A stretch of 64,000 nt of DNA, from assembly GCF_002113885.1 (NCBI RefSeq), contig NW_018408821.1, positions 1,077,676 through 1,141,675 on the forward strand. Reading direction: 5' to 3'. This DNA comes from Mizuhopecten yessoensis (lineage: Eukaryota). Shown one piece after another: positions 55,286 through 64,000 of the stretch. The stretch's first letter is position 1. Every line of letters begins with the position of its first letter. Below the pieces are notes generated by a model. That model saw nothing but the letters and a program-made list of their open reading frames with translations. It searched no databases and was not told the DNA's origin. Position numbers and translations under genes: made by a program.

Positions 55286-55403
55286 TAGCCCGAGTTTCCT
55301 CTGGCCCTGACACCAGACTTAAGACATTTTGACAGATAGATGTCACCTAGCTATCTGTCAAAATGTCCAAGTCTGGTGGCAGGGCCAGTGGAAACTCGGG
55401 CTA
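55286..55403. mobile_element. Palindromic MITE (118 bp)
   Basis: tagcccgagtttcctctggccctgacaccagactt-aa-gacattttgacagatag..ctatctgtcaaaatgtc-c-aagtctggtggcagggccagtggaaactcgggcta; second copy at 28105. Confidence 0.85.
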
Positions 55404-57073
55404 GCACTATATTTGATAACCTCACTTCAGTGTCAGGGTCACAGTGATTTTATACGTTACAACTACTGTGCAATACCATTCTTCCTGTTTACTTTTAAAC
55501 ACAAAAAGGTAGATTACATTGCGGAACTTAACCCCGGCTTATCTAACGCGTTCAATATCTTAACCACAAAGGGGCCATTTAAAGGGAACATTCAATCTCC
55601 CTCTGTATATCTTCCTTGTATACACCATATTTTCCGTTCATTTCAAACATACAAACTTCTATTTTCATATCTTTGATTTATCAACCAGATTGCAGGGAAA
55701 GACTTAACAATCCCCAGAAGTGCCCCCACTGTCTATAAAAGGAAATACTACCTTGCTGTATTTCGTCTTTAACCACTTCCTGTCACATCAAAAGCTGCTG
55801 ATAAGGCATTGTGTGATAACACGCGAATTAAGTCGCGAGCTGAAGTACATACATGTATATCTAGCCGACGTACGCCCTAGTTCGGTGACCTCAGATACAC
55901 TATATAGCTACCTTCGAACCAGTTCCATTCATGATTAACATGAAAACTGCAGCAAACATGCTCAAAGTGTTGGAACACGTTAAAACTTTTAAAAAAAGTC
56001 TGTAATGATAATAAATGGTGTCATGTTGTATAGATAAACTGCTTGGGTATGTTTCCGACAATTATTGTATGCTGTATCCCACTATGTGTACCGTAAACGG
56101 TGACTAATGTGGAAACCCCCCGCATAATCAGGGGTTTTCTTTTTTGTCCCCTGCTTAGTGGACAATTGGAAACACTAACATTGATTTGCTGTCGCCTTGA
56201 CAAGACATTTGAACGAACACCTCCTGGTTTGATGGCAAAGTTGTTTTTTTTCTATTGGACCATACAGACCACCTCTTTTCTACCGTAAGCATTTTATCTC
56301 CCTATAAAATATCGAGAATTTGGCAGTTATTCTCTATAGATACATTGATTACATATGTTATATAGATATGTCTTTTTCGTTTAGAAAAAGACATACCATT
56401 CCACTGTACTAAAGGGGTAAAGATTAAGAAAAATTACGAGAAAAGCGCTCAATTTGATATTGTGTAGATCTGTGACGACTTAAAAAGAAATGAGCGTTTT
56501 TACTTTGTTCGATGTGTTTGTTAACGACGGCTTCTGTTTCAAATCGACCTGATGTGAAGTGTGTTTACCTTTGTGTTTAGAGAGTATTTGTGATTGTGCA
56601 GCTTGTATCGTTTATTGTGTGACCTGCCGCGCCGTTCACAGCATACATCGATACTGACATGTGTTCTTAATACGTCATAGTGGTAAAATGAGCATCAGAC
56701 GGCGGAACTCTTCAACCTCCCTGCTCCAGGTACATCACCACACTTGTTTAAACATCAGTTGACACCACGGCTAATATTGACATTGTTTCAATTTCCAATA
56801 TAATCACGTGACAAAAACAAACAGCAAGTGAATTACCTTAACAAACATATCGGCGATCCTGAGAGCTGACGTATAACCTACTAGTGGGGTGTCCTGGTTC
56901 TGTTACGCAAACATTTCCCTACCTGGCTCGTGATTGAAGTATGCAAACTTTGCTTGCCTGTTGATATAGTGACGGTAGTTTTAGTTGGAAGAGAGAAAAC
57001 AATTTCGTAACATAGACCGTCTTTCAATTAGCATAGAATGTATCTGTTTCTTAATCAAATTAAATTTAATCAA

Positions 57074-57159
57074 ATTAAAATCAGATCTTTCATTCCACTT
57101 CGATGTTCAACGTTCTGGAACGTAGATTATCGGAGTGGAATTAAAGATCTGGTTTTAAT
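57074..57159. repeat. 86-bp inverted repeat (hairpin)
   Basis: attaaaatcagatctttcattccacttcgat ... atcggagtggaattaaagatctggttttaat. Confidence 0.75.
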
Positions 57160-58591
57160 CAGATTGTTTCTTCATCTGAATTCTAATTAATCAGATTCTT
57201 CAAAAGATTTGAACTAATAAAGATATGTCTACGAAGCTCGTGAAAATTTGGCCATCTTTCAGAAGAGAGAAGCGATAGACAGTGGTCAGATCACTGAATA
57301 AATCTGATAATCAATGCAACAGCTTTTTCAAACAACTCTTCGCAAGTGCGTCCCAGATTCCGACTGGGGACTGATACATCTGACTTGGCCTCCTTTTAGA
57401 TGAAGTCGGATTATAATCGCTTTTATTTTGAAAAGTCACCGCTTAACAATAAATAGCAAGTCGGTGCCGCCATCTTTAGTAGGATTGCGTCATCAATTTT
57501 GTCACTCGTTTCGCACACAATTGGGTTTGCCACGACATTTTGGAGTTTTTTTTAAAGGTTTTGCTGTTACAGTAAGAGATAGCATCACCGCTACGGTAAG
57601 TTTACGTTGGTATACAGCACATACATTGTCGCGATTTAATGTATATTGGCAAGAACAATCGATTATATATATATATATATCCAGATAATTTCAAAATGCA
57701 AATTTTGCTGAATTGCACTACCGGGTGTACATTCGAAGTCATAAGATACTAAAAACGTGCCATATATGTTAGGTTTGTCTATTAACTATTAAACACCATC
57801 TCATTGTATCGGCTACATGTATCAGTGCCAGTTATAACGCATCACCTAGCTGAGGGAGGTCTAATCAACCTCTCGGAGTCTGGTGTGCGTGTGGAAAAAA
57901 TCAAAAATGAATGATTCGGGCGTTCCGAACGCGAATTGTGCTTGGACAGCATGGAATGAAGCTAAGCCGACTTGGATTCGGAATGTATTTATAGATGCAC
58001 GTCTTTGTTTCTAACCATGCAATAGTCTGACACGGTAAAGCTATGCAGACAGCATATGTTAAAAATCCGATTCAGTTGCTACCGTAAAACTATTATGACA
58101 AACCTAGAGAATAAATAATAAACTGAATATATATACATCCCTGGAGAAGACATCAATATTGAGATCTTTATTTCTCATCCTACCGACATGCCCTCGACAA
58201 CAATGTCGAAACCCTTTTAATCTTAGAAACGTTCTAAAGAATCAGACATGATGCCCTAAACTAAGATTAGATAGCGCCCTGGGGACAAGGCCCGTATCCA
58301 ACGCAAACAGCCGACAGATCTAGCGACCTTCAACCCAGACAAACGAGGACAATATTGCTGCAAGAAGTATGACTGGTTTTTCGTAGAACATACGTTTTTG
58401 CCTTACGTGAAACCTGTATCAATAAATGTATATATTATATTAATATGTTTGTGCAGGTATCACAACAAAAAATCGCACGACCTCGCCAGAAAATCATAGT
58501 TCTTTTACTGGAAACGATATATTAGTCTCTGTGCATACAGAGATCAAAAACGAGAGATGTTCTTTTCTGATGCCTTCCACATGGACCTGAT

Positions 58592-58674
58592 TACATTGTA
58601 TATTTGGACCTAAACTAAGTTATTGTCCAAATATAGATGCAACAAAAACCAGTTTAGGTCCGAATATAGCTGTA
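58592..58674. repeat. Short palindromic MITE-like repeat
   Basis: tatatttggacctaaact ... agtttaggtccgaatata inverted arms. Confidence 0.55.
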
Positions 58675-59774
58675 GCACATTCCTAGGTACCATTGATGCC
58701 TTCAACTGTAGCAAAACATACACATATAAAGGTACATTGATAAAACAATGAAACAGTATTTAGAAAATTCCAATACAGTGTACTTTTAACAGCATTGCCT
58801 GTCAACGCCGCCTAACAATTGTTCATCGCTTCACAAATTTGAGTGTAACTGTAGTCGGACCTAGTGGAACATACATTCATTCAATAATAAACTTTAAATT
58901 CGAGGCCGCCTAAAAAGACGTCAACTTACTAGGCTCCCTTACTATAGAAGTCAGAAATGTATAAATGGCTTACCATGTATTTCGTAGTTAAATGATAGTC
59001 ATTAAATTAATAACACAATCCAGCCTATAACATGTATTTAAAATTGTTCATGTACAAACACTCGATCAAACACACACATTTATATACTAGTACGAGAATA
59101 GATAAGGCCCAAAGTCTGTCTAATAAAGTGTTATCAGACAAAACGATGTTTGACTAAAGTTTGCGGTCATAGTTTTGGTTATGCGTACAGTAACTAGGCT
59201 ACATGAACAACTGTGCGTAACAAGCTAGGAGGCATTTTTGCTCCGCACGAAAACTATATGTATGCCCATATGTACGCTTGTAGTATGGTTTTGGTATACT
59301 TTATAATTGTACATAATACCCTTGTCTATATTTAGATGGACCTGTAACGTTAAACAAAAATCAATTCATGATTTAGTTACGTCATAACTTTAGGAGCTGA
59401 ACATGTTTGTCCAAAGTCTCAGAAATGTGCCCTTACAGAATCCACCATTCTCCATCCCCGACCTAATCCAAAGAGACAAAAGCACAGCTTTCATTGTGGG
59501 AATTGAACACAGTTTCAAGTCCCTGTGAAATTCATCAGATGGAAAACTGGAGAATAAACTCATTCTCCTGGACATGATTCGTTTGTCCATAGTGACCTGT
59601 ATCTGGTTACGTCGTATAATTATAACCTAAACAATAAAATCACGACATTGTACAAATTCATACTGCTAGGTAGTCCGAATTATTTGTAATTCTAACTTCT
59701 GAAAGTTAAAGTTCCTGAGTTAAATTAGTTAAATTAGTTAAATTTAGTTAAATTTAGTTAAATAAGTTAAATTA

Positions 59775-60072
59775 CCAAAGCTCCCTTTTTAGGCCGTACG
59801 AAGCGGTTCTGGGACAAAAGTGACCAAAAGTGGTCATATACTGTAGAATTCCAAACAGTATATTGGTACTCCTCATAATTTAATTTGAAATTGCATACAT
59901 CGCTTTATTACATTTGTAATTTCTGATAAAAACAAACATGGTGATGTAATGTCATCGTCAGTGACGATTTTAAGAGGAGAACCAATATATTGTTTGGAAT
60001 TCTACAGTATATGACCACTTTTGGTCACTTTTGTCCCAGAACCGCTTCGTACAGCCTAAAAGGGAGCTTTGG
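59775..60072. mobile_element. MITE with ~100-bp near-perfect TIRs, TA-flanked
   Basis: TA|CCAAAGCTCCCTTTTTAGGCCGTACGAAGCGGTTCTGGGACAAAAGTGACC...TACTCCTC and its reverse complement ending AGGGAGCTTTGG|TA; few mismatches. Confidence 0.9.
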
Positions 60073-61542
60073 TAATCCTGTAACAATTATTATCATTTGA
60101 ATATCCTCTATACAATATTCTATTACACAGAATTTTGCAAAAATAATTTGTACGTGCTAGTTGTACACAAAAACAAAACACCGGTCAATGGTAGCGTGCT
60201 GTTGTGTTTCATTGGTCGTCTAATTTCCGTGCTGATGAATATAAACCGGAACTTTGTGACGAAACAAATTAGCGTGTTTCTTGGAATCAATAATCGGATA
60301 CAATATGACACTTTTCTCATTCCTGGTGCATCAATAGGCTCTCGTATATGCCGTTAGCAAACCCGGATATAAGATTACGCACGCGCTACTCTAAACAACA
60401 ACAATTGTAATCACTTACATATATCGTTGCAAAGTGGCTCACTGACACTGTATATGACGCAGAACTTGTCAGTCAATAATTAACCTGTCAGCGAATGAAT
60501 TAAATAGCTATTGATTAAATATGATTCGATAGAAGTTACACACATATGGAAAAGTCATGTTTACAATGGGGGAAATGCATAGGCCAGCTTCATCCAGTCC
60601 ATCGCTGTTGTCCGGAGTCGTCCGCAAGGCCCTCGCCAGCGACCTGCTCTTAAATACCATTTATATATTCGTGTATTCGTCTTTAGGTTTGGCGTTAGAT
60701 TGGTGTGATATAGGTTTTAATATTATAGCTGACTGATTTGTGTTTGAAACGCGAGCCTCGGGCGAGAAGTTGTATGAGCCGAGCAGTTTTACAAAGAATT
60801 GACCTCAATAGATCGATTACAATACTTACCATGGATCAGTTCCTACTTGTTTCATAACCTTAAACTATGTGGGGTCTATATTACAGTACATACTCCGTTA
60901 TTTGTTTACTAACGGGCTGCCAGGCCGTCGCACTTTTGGCTTTTATTAGACATCGATCTATAATTGATCCTGTGCTAATTGTACAGCTAATACTTGAGCG
61001 GGGCATGCCAAAACATGCCATTTCAACTCTGAAATAAAAATCTACACATTTAAACTGATCTGGTCAAATCTGACACAATACATGTAGTCCGTTATATCTC
61101 GGATAGCGTACATTTTATACTCTCGACGGGTCAGGTGAGAAATCGCGGAGTAACAGGGTCACTAATGTTATATATTAGGAGTAGAGTAGACTTTAAGGTA
61201 ATAGGATTGTGTCACCATTTCTCAGTAGAGTTTCTTCAAATTTTGTAGTTATATTGCTTTGAAGTAAAGAAAATGTTCTGCCACAAAAAAATACAGGTTG
61301 TCAAAATTTAAGGATTTTAAATGGAAATTTAATGTAAAAAGGAGTAAATTTAGAAGAAAAAAATGAAAGACACAATGTTTTGCAAAATAATGTCAATAAA
61401 AATGATACGGCCATAGATTAGTATTGCATTAATGTATATCAATTTAATAAAGGCTGAAATCGTGTAAAATAAATTATCTACATGTTTAAACGATTAAAAA
61501 TTGACATTTTATAATAAAACCATATACACATAGTAATTGCAT

Positions 61543-61860
61543 CAGGGGCGGGTCCAGGTGAGGGCGTAATGGGCGTACGCCCCCCNNNNNNNNNNNNNNN
61601 NNNNNNNNNNNNNNNNNNNCTATCGTAATCTGCTAATATTGTATTGAATATGGCAATTAATCATATTCATTAATTAAACACATACTCTGATTTCTTTTTA
61701 TACTGACACCCTGACACTTTAACTATAAAAAATATACATGCTCCAAGTCAGGAACCGTTACATTAGTGCATTTCACAATTATTTTATGTTTTTTAGCCAA
61801 AAAAATGTCCATTCTTTTTTATTCTACACCCCTCTTTCAAATATCATAGAAACGCCCCTG
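61543..61860. mobile_element. MITE with CAGGGGCG termini and 5-bp TSD (contains the assembly gap)
   Basis: TGCAT|CAGGGGCG ... CGCCCCTG|TGCAT. Confidence 0.7.
61586..61619. other. Assembly gap (34 N) after a poly-C run
   Basis: Run of n in the sequence. Confidence 0.99.
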
Positions 61861-64000
61861 TGCATGTTATCTGTCTTGAAAAACTTCACAGTAGTGAAAT
61901 AGGAAGCCGGTTTCCTGAAGTACAGAAAAATGGACACATGACTCATTGATAAAAAAACCTGAATTAATGCCTGGATTGCTTTGAAATACTTTAATATTGA
62001 GAGAACACACTGTTCTGTCAATAAAGCTTAAACATTAGAATATGCGGAAATTGTGATACTGTCTCCCTACCTTGGATCATCCTATTTCCGTTTTATCAAC
62101 ACACTCATTCGACCTTGATAGGGAGCGGCTAGTCGAAGGACAGTGTTCCAGATAACTGATATTATGTATACACTTTATAATATAGGGAGAAATAAAACAC
62201 AACAAATATTAATATTTGATGTGTCGTTCGTGATATCGTGTCTAGGTTTAATAACAAGATATTACCAATGGATGTATTTGCGTGTAGTACGGAAATAAAA
62301 TGTCCTTTATCGCCCTAATTGTCACCGGATATCTTTATGTATTTGTTATGTGCAGAACACGTGGTCAACACCGAACTCCAAAATGATGAAACACCTGTCT
62401 GAGCGTTCTCGAAGATATGACGTAATTGCGGAACCCACGGTCCAAGTTACGGTAGGCACGTGACTACAAGGTCCCTGAAACCTGGGCCCGTCATTTGATA
62501 AGAATGCAATGTTGGGGAAGGGAAGTATAACAAGTTTTGTCACCAAATCATCGTTTAAAATGTATGTATTAAATATAAGGTGACACATGCATGGCGGAAA
62601 TGCGTGTTTAGCATTCTTTGACCCAAACTTTGTGTTGCATACCTGTACGTACCTACGCCACATCTATATATATATGTGTGTGTATATAAGTAACACATGT
62701 GTGCGTTCACTTGTATACAGTGGCCACTCACCTGTGTACAATATAAGTATATCTGTATATATGTGCAGCAGAACGTGCTATTTATATATTAGAACAGAGA
62801 CGGTGTACTACTATACAAACACTTATAAATATTGAAATGTGCTTGCACTCGAAATTTATTCACATTAAACATGTATATACTTATAACCATTGATAATGTT
62901 TCTACATTGCTGTTGTAACTATCATGTGTGAAGCAGACTGTCGCTCACTTCTGTTCAACTTTTCCTGTAAAACGCAAACACCCTTTCCCAGTCTCTATAT
63001 ACTTCGACAGATTGCTGATTTTTCACGTTTTGTTTCTTTAGAAATCAGCAGTTTTCCCTGCTACTGGGTTTTTGCTAAAATTAAAGTAATTCATTGCACA
63101 AACCAGCTAACACTTATTCATTAAGACATCACATTCATCATAACTATATCATTGTCATTCTTAAAAAAGTAGTTATTTTGACACATTTTAAATTTCATCG
63201 GGTGACACCCCCTACCCACCTAGGTCCCCTCCACTCACCAACTCTTCCAAAAATTGTAAAGGTTGGCAAACATTGTCCATTGTGTGTCATTACCCGATCA
63301 GGTCACTTTACCTTGATATGTCAATTAACCGGTTTACTTCTACAGGGTTCACTGTTTAAATAGACAAATGAATTAACCGAGTATTACGTGCATGCGTATT
63401 ACACAATGTCAGCTGAGACAACTAGGGAGAGGTCGACATATGAGAGACTCGTTACGTACTTGTATGGTTAAGTGCCTTGTTTCAAGTTTTATACAAACAA
63501 CAAGTGATATTCAAAGTTCCTTGGTAACTATGCTTAGATTTATGAAAGCTGCACGGATACGTGAACCCATAGGGACCAGACATACTTAGACGTTAGAATA
63601 TTTGACTGGTATATTATATCCTACGAACAATAGAGCCTTTAAAAATACAATGCAAATTTATAAAACAGAAAATGCATTTAAATATCTGAAAGAAATCCCG
63701 TACCATTTTCGCAAAGCATTCGAATAACTATAATACCAAATCAATGATAATAAACGTCATCACACAGCCATTCATGGACGTTTTATTAGTAATGATTTGA
63801 TTTGGGTGTTGACGTATTGCGGTCTTTCGGCCTTTCAGCAGACGACAAACAGTGTGTAGGGGAGAGAAGAAGAAGAGAAAGTAGCAGCGGAGAATAGGAG
63901 TCCTAATGGTCCTTGTATGATTTCAGAAAACGGCTCCAGGGCCGAGATAGTATTGATGTCAGTGAGATTATACTTATGTACAGAGGCTATAATTTTAATA

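Noticed and set aside
59500-59535. Hammerhead-like CTGATGA...GAAAC on the minus strand
   Set aside because: Stem II is mismatched and no stem I can form.
48560-63960. Candidate neverland 5' exons (48560-48780, 52050-52250, 59390-59590, 63830-63950)
   Set aside because: Minus-strand translations I checked have stops or lack the transmembrane/PPxYPNGW signature and suitable splice sites.

Overview
AT-rich, intron-containing animal genomic DNA. The repeat repertoire (Helentron/HINE 'pearl'-type elements, V- and Meta-type tRNA SINEs) points to a bivalve mollusc; that assignment is inference. Most ORFs in the six-frame track are spurious. Splicing by hand (all introns GT-AG, phases consistent) gives four protein genes: (1) the last two coding exons of SURF6 (+); (2) a complete 4-exon, 115-aa basic protein resembling C11orf98 (-), absent from the ORF track; (3) a complete 13-exon, 679-aa METTL13 (+), head-to-head with gene 2; (4) the last five exons of a neverland/DAF-36 Rieske cholesterol 7-desaturase (-), whose 5' exons I could not find in the window. 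The rest is MITEs, non-autonomous DNA transposons, SINEs, HINEs and satellites. Most notable: the C-terminal methyltransferase domain of METTL13 keeps its frame and fold residues but has lost its SAM-binding motifs (candidate pseudoenzyme); the palindrome TACATGTA, the classic Tc1/mariner excision footprint, is strongly over-represented; and CpG density rises sharply between the housekeeping cluster and the neverland locus.
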